64,000 nt of DNA from NCBI GenBank assembly GCA_044226015.1, contig JBGAHS010000001.1:800001-864000 (forward strand), given 5' to 3'. Below the pieces are notes generated by a model. It saw only the letters and a list, made by a program, of their open reading frames with translations, was not told where the DNA came from and did no database searches. This DNA is from Candidatus Obscuribacteraceae bacterium. Lineage in GTDB: Bacteria > Cyanobacteriota > Vampirovibrionia > Obscuribacterales > Obscuribacteraceae. Position numbers and translations under genes: made by a program. Shown one piece after another: positions 39,803-48,108 of this stretch. Each line of letters starts with the position of its first letter. Positions within the stretch are counted from its first letter, which is position 1.

Positions 39803-41023
39803 TTAGAAGCCGACGAACGGTGTTGCCACTGCTGCCGGTGTGGCGGCACCAAGCTTGCTCACCATGATTTCGGTAATGGCTTTGGATACTCTCTTAACTT
39901 GTTCTTGCTTAAGTTCAGGATACATCGGCAAGGACAATACTTGAGCTGCGAGTTTTTCTGAAATCGGGAAGTCGCCTTTGCTATATCCGAATTCTGCAAA
40001 AGCATCTTGCATATGCAGAGGTACAGGGTAATAGCACATGCTGCTGATTCCACGCTTATTGAGTTCTGCTCCCAATGCGTCACGCAGAGCTGCATCGTCA
40101 GCATGGTTGCTGCTGCCGCTGGAGACTTTTATCGTGTATTGGTGCCATACGTGAGTGTTGCCACTCATCACTGTTGGCAGAGTCACACCAGGACAGTGTT
40201 TTAGTTCTTCCTGATACCACTTCGCTACTTGATTGCGTTGAGTGTTCCAATCTGCCAGAAATGGCAGTTTGGCAAGCAATACTGCAGCTTGAATTTCATC
40301 TAAACGGCTGTTTCTACCAATTTCATCATGGTAGTAGCGTTTGCGCATGCCGTGAGCACGAATTGCGCGCAGCTTGTCTGCTAGCTCATCATCATTAGTA
40401 GTGATCATGCCAGCGTCACCTGCAGCTCCCAAGTTTTTTGTTGGATAGAAACTTATGCAAGCCATATCGCCTAAGCTGCCTGTTCGTTGCCCATTTTGAG
40501 TGGCACCGATCGCTTGCGCGTTGTCTTCAATAACTCTTACTCCATAACGAGTTGCGAGTTCGAGTATCTTTGCCATCGGGGCTGGCTGCCCATATAAGTG
40601 AACTGGCAATATTGCTTTCGTTTTCTTATTGAAGAGCTTTTCGATGTTATCCGGGTTCATGTTGAATGTGTTCGGATCTACATCAGTAAAAACTGGTTTT
40701 GCACCGCGGGTCGCAATCGCTTCTGCTGTAGCTGCAAAAGTGAATGGAGGTGTGATTACTTCATCTCCAGGACCAACTCCTGCTGCCCATAGTGCTAGCT
40801 CGAGAGCGTCAGTACCATTGGCCACCGCTATTGCGTGCTTAGCGCCGCAGAATTTGGCGATATCTTTCTCTAGCTGACTTACATATTGACCAAGAATATA
40901 GTGTCCGCTGCGCAATATATTGATGACTGTTTCTTCGAGCTGCGGACCGAACTGTTTATATTGTTCTTTGAGGTCGAGGATTTGAATTGGTTGGTTTGCA
41001 GTTTCTTCTACCAAGGTTTCCAC
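39803..41023 (-). CDS. DegT/DnrJ/EryC1/StrS sugar aminotransferase
   Basis: VHLYGQ, EDNAQ, SFYPTKNLG, NSRLDEIQAA. Confidence 0.95.
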   Translation of the reverse strand: METLVEETANQPIQILDLKEQYKQFGPQLEETVINILRSGHYILGQYVSQLEKDIAKFCGAKHAIAVANGTDALELALWAAGVGPGDEVITPPFTFAATAEAIATRGAKPVFTDVDPNTFNMNPDNIEKLFNKKTKAILPVHLYGQPAPMAKILELATRYGVRVIEDNAQAIGATQNGQRTGSLGDMACISFYPTKNLGAAGDAGMITTNDDELADKLRAIRAHGMRKRYYHDEIGRNSRLDEIQAAVLLAKLPFLADWNTQRNQVAKWYQEELKHCPGVTLPTVMSGNTHVWHQYTIKVSSGSSNHADDAALRDALGAELNKRGISSMCYYPVPLHMQDAFAEFGYSKGDFPISEKLAAQVLSLPMYPELKQEQVKRVSKAITEIMVSKLGAATPAAVATPFVGF

Positions 41024-41353
41024 TCCTGCCGGTCTTACTTGTCTCCTGACTCGAGGTTTCAGAGACGCTGCAAGTCTAGTACGGCAGTTGGCATGTCTCC
41101 AAGTAGCAGCTTATAAGGTTGGCAACTCCTAAGAATGTAAACAAGAACTTCATAGCGCTGCTGTCGCTTGACATGGTTGGCTGTTGCTTAAAGGGTGAGG
41201 GTTTGAGATTGCGGGTGTTGTCAGTGGAAAGAAATTGCTGTCGCACCTAAAAATAAACTTACAGCAGTTTGATGAAACAGTTTTTTATCAGTATCTCTTT
41301 GAAAGTATATCTGTATTATAGGCTTAAGATGGTCTTTGTTTAATCCTGGCTAC

Positions 41354-41743
41354 AAGTGATTCCGGCTTCGTCTACTTGCCACTTTATGACGGCAATGGCA
41401 GATGCGCTGTTCGGTTTTCTTCTAAGTTTACAGCGAACTATGGTGGCGTATTTGGTGGCAGGACTATGTGGGAAAGCAGCTGCAAAACTCAGTCTCTTTC
41501 TCTACAGTTTCAATCCTGCTTCAGTTTCGCTAAGACCTTCGCGCAGAGCCTAGCGCGAGAATCCTGAATTTCGCCGGCCGGATATCAAAGACCTGCTCTT
41601 CTAGCGGACCTTTGGAAAACGAGGGGGGGCTGCCATCCCCGACATGATTCGCCATTGGCGGTCACATCGGCCCTCGTTTCCAGATCCGCACTATTGGCCT
41701 GATCCAGAGATGACTGCATCAGCTTCGCTGACTGCAATCACTT
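41354..41743 (-). ncRNA. Candidate ~390-nt structured non-coding RNA or long leader of unknown class
   Basis: Begins just downstream of a TTGACA-17-CATACT promoter. Successive helices contain G-U pairs on the minus strand (gcggatct/aggtccgc, ggaaacgaggg/ccctcgttttcc, ccgatgtga/tcatgtcgg, gcaggatt/agtcctgc, ctgtagag/ttttgcag). No convincing ORF. Confidence 0.55.
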
Positions 41744-41745
41744 AA

Positions 41746-41774
41746 AGTATGCCATACAAATGTATGTTTGTCAA
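41746..41774 (-). promoter_or_regulatory. Sigma70-type promoter with palindromic operator in the spacer
   Basis: Minus strand TTGACA-aacatacatttgtatgg(17 nt)-CATACT, extended TG; CATACA-tt-TGTATG inverted repeat between -35 and -10. Confidence 0.75.
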
Positions 41775-41787
41775 TCAATTTATATAT

Positions 41788-41978
41788 TGGGTGGGGCGGC
41801 AGGGGGCCAGAACCGGAACCATGGGCGGGGCGGCACCGGATTCGAAACCGGAACCATGGGCGGGGCGGCACCGGATTCAGAACCGGAACCATGGGTGGGG
41901 CGGCACCAGATTCAGAACCGGAACCATGGGCGGGGCGGCACCAGATTCGAGACCGGAACCATGGGTGGGGCGGCACCG
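41788..41978. repeat. Tandem array of about 5.5 copies of a 35-bp G-rich unit
   Basis: Units start at 41811, 41846, 41881, 41916 and 41951 (last partial), plus a partial copy from 41788; consensus AACCGGAACCATGGGYGGGGCGGCACCRGATTCRR; no spacers. Confidence 0.95.
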
Positions 41979-42033
41979 CCTCCTTCATGGCAAGGGGGCA
42001 AAGTCAGAAACCCTTGCTATGTAATGTTTTAGC

Positions 42034-42064
42034 AAAAGAAAAAGCCCCTCCGAAGAGGGGCTTT
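42034..42064 (-). terminator. Intrinsic terminator after the RHH gene
   Basis: aaagcccctc-ttcg-gaggggcttt followed by a U-tract on the minus strand. Confidence 0.9.
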
Positions 42065-42087
42065 GAACATCCTTGCCGTTGCTTTAA

Positions 42088-42384
42088 TTACTTTCTCTTG
42101 CCGCCAGGAACAGCAACTGTTCTCGACAGAGCGTTCGTAACGAACAGATTGAGGCTGACGCCTTCTTTTTCAGCTCTGTCAACGAGTGCTTGGTGTAGAG
42201 AGCGGGGAAGACGAACTGTGAACTTACCGCTGTAATCAAGGTATTGTTCGTCCGAGCGTGGTGCGCGAGCTGGTGCTTTAGCCGGCTTTGGAGCTGGCTT
42301 ACGAGCTGGAACTGACTTTTTGAGAGCTGATTTGAGTTTTGCCGCTTTGCTAGCTGGCTTTTTTGCTTTAGCTTTTGTAGCCAT
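42088..42384 (-). CDS. HicB-type ribbon-helix-helix protein with histone-H1-like Lys/Ala/Pro N-terminal tail
   Basis: YSGKFTVRLPRSLHQALVDRAEKEGVSLNLFV is the HicB C-terminal RHH motif; AAGGAG RBS; own terminator. Confidence 0.88.
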   Translation of the reverse strand: MATKAKAKKPASKAAKLKSALKKSVPARKPAPKPAKAPARAPRSDEQYLDYSGKFTVRLPRSLHQALVDRAEKEGVSLNLFVTNALSRTVAVPGGKRK

Positions 42385-42399
42385 GTTGTTCTCCTTATC

Positions 42400-42584
42400 C
42401 GAACCTACTTGTATTAATTCCGGTTACCTGGTGCCTACTAGCTGCCTGGCAGCCGGGCTCGTGCACTGGACCCTCAGGTTTTGCCGAAGGGCAAAACCAC
42501 CTCCGAAAGCACCAAGGTGCCTTCTGGAGAAATTATGTGATCTTGCCACCTAATACCACCTTAGGTGGCATGATCATTCTAACA
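42400..42584 (-). promoter_or_regulatory. Extended -10 promoter and multi-hairpin 5' leader of the RHH gene
   Basis: TGtTAGAAT at 42576-42584; hairpins at 42538-42576, 42501-42529, 42477-42498 and 42441-42453. Confidence 0.55.
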
Positions 42585-42761
42585 GAACTTATACCCTAGA
42601 GATCTTTTGGATATGCATTAATATCTTTCCTGGTGCACCTCGAGAATGCTAAGCTGTCTAGGGTTTCGAAACCGGCACCAGCAGTGGGGCGCACCGGTTT
42701 TGATGGCTGGTATCACGGGCGACACTTAGCATTAATTTAGAAAATTAAGGCGGAAATTCTT

Positions 42762-43868
42762 TTGAAAGTATTGATTATCAGGCTCAGCGCTATGGGAGAT
42801 ATAGTCCACGGACTACCTGCTGCTGCTTTGCTGAAAGAAAGACTGCCTGGGCTTGAGCTGAGCTGGCTTGTAGAACCCGCTGGAGTGCCTTTGCTGGAGG
42901 GAAACCCAGCTGTGGATAGGGTAATCGTTTTTCCCAAAAAGAAGTGGTTGCAGCAACTACGTACGGTGTCAAGGCTCTATGCCACCGCCGCTGAGGCTAA
43001 GACTTGGGCTTCCGAACTGAAGACCCTTCAATTTGATGCAGCTATTGACTTTCAAGGATTGTTGAAAAGTTCTGTCCTTGGCCTCGTATCTGGTGCCAGA
43101 AAGAGATTCGGATTTCAAGGCACCAGGGAAGGTGCGGATAAGTTCTTGACGCATCGGCTTGATGTTGGCGATTACTTTAGCCCTGAAACCCATGTGGTAG
43201 AGCACAATTTGCGTCTTGCCGATTTCGCAGCTCGTGTCTTACTTGGGCAAACTGAAAGCTCAGCTGATCAATCCTATATATATGAAGCAAAGTTCCCCCT
43301 ACCGGCACCATCGGCGACGTCGTTAGAAACGCTTAAACTGAATGCGGGGCAGTCTTTTGAAGCATTTCTTTCCCGACCAGGGCAGCGGCGCTTTGCCTTT
43401 ATCCCTGGTACCACTTGGACAACAAAAATTTGGGACTGGCAAAAGTGGGCCGAGCTTGCGGAAATGTGTTCGGAGACGACTCGTTTGCCCTTACTACTCT
43501 TGGGCGGTCCATCTGAATTGGAAATGAATCAGCATATCGCTGATAGGCTCGGAAGCAGAGTTCTCAATTTGACCGGAAAAACCGATATTCCGATGTTGCT
43601 TGAACTTTTCCGGCATGTTGATACCGTTATTGGTGCAGATACAGGACCTTTGCACCTGGCTGCTGCTGTTGGCATGCCTCAGGTGCTGGCAGTCTTTGGA
43701 AGCACTCCGTATAAAAGGAATGGACCCTACGGAGCTCACTGTTGTTCTGTTGCATTGAATCTGGAGTGCCAGCCCTGTTTCAAAAAGGTCTGTCCCTTGG
43801 GAACGCTAGCGTGCTTAAAAGAGCTAAGTGCCAAGCAGGTCTTTGCTGCAATACCTGAAGAGTCTTGA
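42762..43868 (+). CDS. GT9 LPS heptosyltransferase (WaaC-like)
   Basis: MKVLIIRLSAMGDIVH, IDFQGLLKS, DTGPLHLAAA. Confidence 0.92.
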   Translation: MKVLIIRLSAMGDIVHGLPAAALLKERLPGLELSWLVEPAGVPLLEGNPAVDRVIVFPKKKWLQQLRTVSRLYATAAEAKTWASELKTLQFDAAIDFQGLLKSSVLGLVSGARKRFGFQGTREGADKFLTHRLDVGDYFSPETHVVEHNLRLADFAARVLLGQTESSADQSYIYEAKFPLPAPSATSLETLKLNAGQSFEAFLSRPGQRRFAFIPGTTWTTKIWDWQKWAELAEMCSETTRLPLLLLGGPSELEMNQHIADRLGSRVLNLTGKTDIPMLLELFRHVDTVIGADTGPLHLAAAVGMPQVLAVFGSTPYKRNGPYGAHCCSVALNLECQPCFKKVCPLGTLACLKELSAKQVFAAIPEES

Positions 43869-44269
43869 ACCGTCTGAGAATATTCTTATCTTTGCCGCGC
43901 CCGGGATATTGCTTCAATCGACATTGCCTTAAGTTCGTAGAGTCTGGCAGATTCAAATTATTCTCCACTCCAGGACTTCGAGCTCCGTCCGATAAAGCGT
44001 AAATTACAGCACTGACTCTATTTGCACACGCAAAATAGTGACTGATATTGCTACTTGCAGATTTGGATCACTTAGTTTGATCAAGGTACGTCTCATTTCT
44101 ATCTCTTCAATTAATTCACCATTTCAGATAGCACAGCACTTTCTTTTTTTTAATGATGGTATCGTATACGGTATCGATGATTCAGATCAGAGCAAATCAA
44201 GCTGTTGGGCTTAAGTCTGGAGTGCAAAAAGCGAGAAAATCCCTTTGGCGAAAATCGCCTTGAGCACAA

Positions 44270-44299
44270 AGAAAAAGCGCTTGCATTCGCAAGCGCTTT
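44270..44299 (-). terminator. Intrinsic terminator after ndk
   Basis: aaagcgcttgc-attc-gcaagcgcttt stem with U-tract on the minus strand. Confidence 0.85.
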
Positions 44300-44325
44300 A
44301 TTCAAGAATGCAAACTATGGGTTAC

Positions 44326-44784
44326 TTATTCAGAAACCCAACATTGTAATGTTCTGTTCCAATCAACGAGTTCTTTATCGCCGAAGAAGATACCGAGCTC
44401 GCGCTTAGCACTTTCCGGACCATCAGAACCGTGAACGATATTTCTTCCGATTTCTAGAGCCAGATCACCACGGATGGTGCCCATGGCAGATTGAGCAGGA
44501 TTGGTGGCACCAATGATATTGCGGCAAATGGTAATTGCGTCCTTACCTTCAAACGCCATAGCAACAATTGGTCCTGAGGTGATAAAGTCAACCAAGCCAG
44601 CAAAGAATGGTTTTCCTTTATGCTCACCATAGTGGTTTTCCGCTAGTTCACGGCTTACTTGCATGAACTTCATACCAACCATCTTCAATCCTTTTCTCTC
44701 GAATCGGGAAACAATCTCGCCAATCAAACCTCTTTGTACGCCATCTGGCTTGATTGCTACGAATGTTCTTTGAACTTCAGCCAC
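44326..44784 (-). CDS. ndk: Nucleoside diphosphate kinase
   Basis: [26 protein letters not shown]. Confidence 0.99.
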   Translation of the reverse strand: MAEVQRTFVAIKPDGVQRGLIGEIVSRFERKGLKMVGMKFMQVSRELAENHYGEHKGKPFFAGLVDFITSGPIVAMAFEGKDAITICRNIIGATNPAQSAMGTIRGDLALEIGRNIVHGSDGPESAKRELGIFFGDKELVDWNRTLQCWVSE

Positions 44785-44815
44785 GGTAATTAATCCTCCA
44801 ATTGTGTTTTACTTT

Positions 44816-47767
44816 TTAGTCCATTTTTACAAGCTTTGCAAAGCGTGGGTCGAGAATTCTCTTTCCAGCGCTATCGAATTTAACAGCATATAGTTCTTTG
44901 TTGCCTTCGCCGATTACTTCGACTACTGACCCAACTCCGAACTTGCTGTGCATCACCTTATCGCCAACAACAAGTTTTTCAAATTCAGCTGACGGAGTGA
45001 TGTGGTCTTTGTCTGAACCCCACTTTGTTGATTCTTCCTTGGCAGAACCTGGTCCTGGAAGTCTTCCAAGAACTCTTGGTTTAGCAGGTGGTTGTGATGG
45101 TGAGGGACGAGATGGAGAACCTGAAGAACTTGAACTGCTGCGGTTGCCGTATGGAGAAGAACTTCCTGAAGATCTGTTTTGTCCGTAGGAGTTGCTGCCA
45201 CCACCCTTAGAGCCATAGGACGAAGACGAAGCTCCTTTACTCGAGGAAGATGAACCGCCATACCCAGAGGACCTGTTTTGTCCGTAAGAGTTGCTTGAAG
45301 ATCCTGAACCATAGCCACCCGAAGATCGCCCCTGGGACGGGCTGGAAGAACCTGACCCGTAAGAACTTGAACGATTGGAATTTCCGCCATAGCCGCTGCC
45401 GCTTGATCCGCTACTGCGATTTTGTCCGTATGAACCGGACGAGCCACTGCCATAGCTACCCGAACCACTGCGTCCCTGACCATAGCCGCCGGTAGAACCG
45501 CCGCCATATCCACCAGAGCGGTTCTTGTTCTTAAAGCTCGAGTTCCCGTCATCGTAATCTGGGTCGAAATCTTCGTATTCAGATTGGCGGCGTCCAAATG
45601 AATTTGAGCCAGCATAACCGCCACGGTTTCCGCCACCATATCCGCCACCACCACCATAGCTTGGCTCTGGTGGAAGTTCTTTCATTGATTCCAATCCCAT
45701 CAACATCTCAGGGTTGATTTCTTGCAAGAAGCGACTCGGTAGCGAGTAATTGGTATTGAAACCACCACCCTGGGCAAAAGATGAGCGCTTGCGAGCATAC
45801 GTCAAGTAGAGACGCTCTTCTGCTCGAGTAACCGCCACATACATCAGTCGGCGTTCTTCCTCAAGTTCTTTATCAGAGTTACGCGAACGTGAGTGTGGGA
45901 AAAGTCCCTCTTCCAGTCCAATTACAAAAACGTTTTCGAATTCGAGACCTTTTGAGGCGTGAATGGTCATGAGTTTAACTGCATCCTGACCGGCTTTGAT
46001 AGCGTCGAGATCGCTTACCAACGAGATATATGTCAGGAATGATTCCAACGTAGGTTCGTCTGCTGTGTCTTGAAACGCAGCTGCGACATTCACAAATTCC
46101 TCAATGTTCTCAACTCGTCCAACTGCAAGTTCGTCCTTCGAAGAAGCTGCATCCTCTTTTAGCTTAGTGATGTAGCCAGATTGAACAAGGATAAGACTTA
46201 CCAGTTCTGCAACCGGTATCTGGCTTGACTTGTTGTGCCAGTCTTGCACAAGTAAGCCAAACTCTTTGAGTCCCTTTGATGCTTTAGGTGTGAGGCTTCC
46301 GCATTGCTCGGCTAGAAGGCATGCTTCCAATGCACCGAAATTTTGCTTTTCGGCAAAGTCTTTCAAATGGTCAAGGCTTGTATTGCCAATGCCTCGTTTG
46401 GGCACATTGACACAACGCAAAAACGCTTGCATATCTTGTGGGTTAAAGATGAACTTTAGATAGCCGATGATATCTTTGATTTCAGCGCGTTCGTAGAATC
46501 GCGTTCCACCTACCATGATATATGGAATATTGCTTCGAACCAGAACTTCTTCTATTGCGCGGCTGAGTGAGTTCGTTCTGTACAGTACGCAGGTGTCTGA
46601 CAACGATATGCCGCGAATCTGCAATCGTTTTACTTCTTCTGCAACAAAGTACGCTTCATCGATTTCGTCCGTTCCTGCATTGACTCTGACCTTGCCTCCC
46701 TTGCCTTTATTGCAACGAAGTACTTTGTCAATTCTCTCGGAGTTGTTTTTGATGATGTCGTTGGCGACATCAAGTATGGTGGCATTAGAGCGGTAATTCT
46801 CTTCTAGCTTGATCATCAAACAACTCTTGTAGTCATTTTGAAATCCTAGAATGATTCTAAAATCGGCCTGACGCCATGAATAAATAGATTGGTCTACGTC
46901 ACCAACAACCATCAGTGTGCGTTGGTGCCAGAGCTGCTCGAGGTCCGCTGCGGTGGCATCCTTTGGCTCTGCTGGTGCGAGCATTCGCACAAGTTTGTAC
47001 TGAGATTGATTTGTGTCCTGAAACTCATCAACGAGGACATGCTTAAATCGTTCTTGCATTCTTTGTCTGACTTCAAGATTTTGTTCAAGCAACTGACTGA
47101 ATGTAAGAATCAAATCATCAAAGTCGAAGGCATTATTACGTGCTAGCGAGGCTTGATATGCGGTGAATATCTCTGAGAACTTCTGATCGGCATATGCCTT
47201 TGCGTTCTTTGAATATTCGTAAGATGTGACTCCGTCGTTTTTGAAGGAAGATATACGACTGCGCATCTCTTTTGGCGGATACATTTTGTCGTCCAAGTTC
47301 AATTTCGAAATGGCATCTTTGACGAGGCTCAGGCTGTCGGTCTCATCGTATATAACAAAGTTAGTCTTCCACTTATATCCTTCTGGCGTTGAATAGTTTT
47401 CAATCTCAGTTCTCAGCAATCTTGCGCATACGCTGTGGAAGGTTCCAATCGTCAATTGCTTGGCTGTTCGGGTTCCTACAAGTGCCTCGAGACGATCTCG
47501 CATCTCGCCTGCAGCCTTATTAGTGAATGTGACTGCAAGAACTGAGTGGGCTGGTGCTTTCAGTGCACTAAGCAAATAAGCTACACGGCGCGTCAGAACT
47601 GTTGTCTTACCGCTTCCGGCTCCAGCGATAACAAGAGATGGTCCCCATTTGAGACTAACTGCCTGCTGCTGCTCTTTATTTAGTCGGGCAAATAGATCTT
47701 CGATATTCACGATAGTTACGACATGGGCATTGGTGGTTGTGCTTTGCATGGAGTTACCTGTAGTCAA
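44816..47767 (-). CDS. pcrA: PcrA/UvrD helicase with long Gly/Ser/Tyr low-complexity linker before the C-terminal Tudor-like domain
   Basis: AGAGSGKT, VDEFQDTN, GDVDQSIY, TIHASKGLEF, EERRLMYVAVTRA; C-terminal VGDKVMHSKFGVGSV; alternative ATG at 47749. Confidence 0.95.
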   Translation of the reverse strand: MTTGNSMQSTTTNAHVVTIVNIEDLFARLNKEQQQAVSLKWGPSLVIAGAGSGKTTVLTRRVAYLLSALKAPAHSVLAVTFTNKAAGEMRDRLEALVGTRTAKQLTIGTFHSVCARLLRTEIENYSTPEGYKWKTNFVIYDETDSLSLVKDAISKLNLDDKMYPPKEMRSRISSFKNDGVTSYEYSKNAKAYADQKFSEIFTAYQASLARNNAFDFDDLILTFSQLLEQNLEVRQRMQERFKHVLVDEFQDTNQSQYKLVRMLAPAEPKDATAADLEQLWHQRTLMVVGDVDQSIYSWRQADFRIILGFQNDYKSCLMIKLEENYRSNATILDVANDIIKNNSERIDKVLRCNKGKGGKVRVNAGTDEIDEAYFVAEEVKRLQIRGISLSDTCVLYRTNSLSRAIEEVLVRSNIPYIMVGGTRFYERAEIKDIIGYLKFIFNPQDMQAFLRCVNVPKRGIGNTSLDHLKDFAEKQNFGALEACLLAEQCGSLTPKASKGLKEFGLLVQDWHNKSSQIPVAELVSLILVQSGYITKLKEDAASSKDELAVGRVENIEEFVNVAAAFQDTADEPTLESFLTYISLVSDLDAIKAGQDAVKLMTIHASKGLEFENVFVIGLEEGLFPHSRSRNSDKELEEERRLMYVAVTRAEERLYLTYARKRSSFAQGGGFNTNYSLPSRFLQEINPEMLMGLESMKELPPEPSYGGGGGYGGGNRGGYAGSNSFGRRQSEYEDFDPDYDDGNSSFKNKNRSGGYGGGSTGGYGQGRSGSGSYGSGSSGSYGQNRSSGSSGSGYGGNSNRSSSYGSGSSSPSQGRSSGGYGSGSSSNSYGQNRSSGYGGSSSSSKGASSSSYGSKGGGSNSYGQNRSSGSSSPYGNRSSSSSSGSPSRPSPSQPPAKPRVLGRLPGPGSAKEESTKWGSDKDHITPSAEFEKLVVGDKVMHSKFGVGSVVEVIGEGNKELYAVKFDSAGKRILDPRFAKLVKMD

Positions 47768-48108
47768 GTTTGCATCGAATAACCAAGAACCTGCAAAGTT
47801 GCAGATTCACTTTACAAGCGATTTCCGGACACCGAGATCGGCGCTCGACGCTTGAGGGACATACACCTTGAAGCTTTGCTTTCGTAAGACTAAATTTGTC
47901 GTCCATTCAGTATTGAAGAAAAACTATTTTACGACTTGTAAACTGAGACTGTGAAGGCTTCCTAACGGAGACGACAGAAGGTACTCTTAATGGCGATAGC
48001 AATTGCTGGTGGGAGAGGCCAGAATAATACCAGAGGCCAACAGCTCTCACCCTAAGAATCAATTCCACTTGAATTGGCTTACTTCTTACTTAAGTAGATG
48101 GTGACTAG

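Noticed and set aside
41356..41567. Short + strand ORFs (65 and 63 aa)
   Set aside because: No RBS or recognisable motif; antisense to the structured RNA candidate
41354..41743. RNase P RNA, tmRNA, SRP RNA, tRNA-Sec or group II intron
   Set aside because: Hallmark motifs are absent (GAGGAAAGUCC; tRNA-like ends; SRP helix 8; UCA anticodon arm; domain V). A divergent 6S RNA cannot be excluded without cmscan.
41788..41978. CRISPR array
   Set aside because: Units are contiguous with no unique spacers, and there are no cas genes in the window
41719..42235. ORFs spanning the 35-bp repeats
   Set aside because: The same peptide blocks cycle through all frames because of the non-triplet repeat; no RBS
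42088..42384. Functional HicAB toxin-antitoxin pair
   Set aside because: No hicA-like ORF adjacent and the toxin-binding domain is missing
42488..42520. c-di-GMP-I riboswitch (gggcaaaacc...cgaaag)
   Set aside because: On the strand opposite the adjacent gene, lacks the downstream CGCAAA/P3 elements, and is explained by simple hairpins
44953..45657. 234-aa alternative-frame ORF inside pcrA
   Set aside because: Shadow of the low-complexity linker (V/A/M-rich frame shift of G/S/Y codons)
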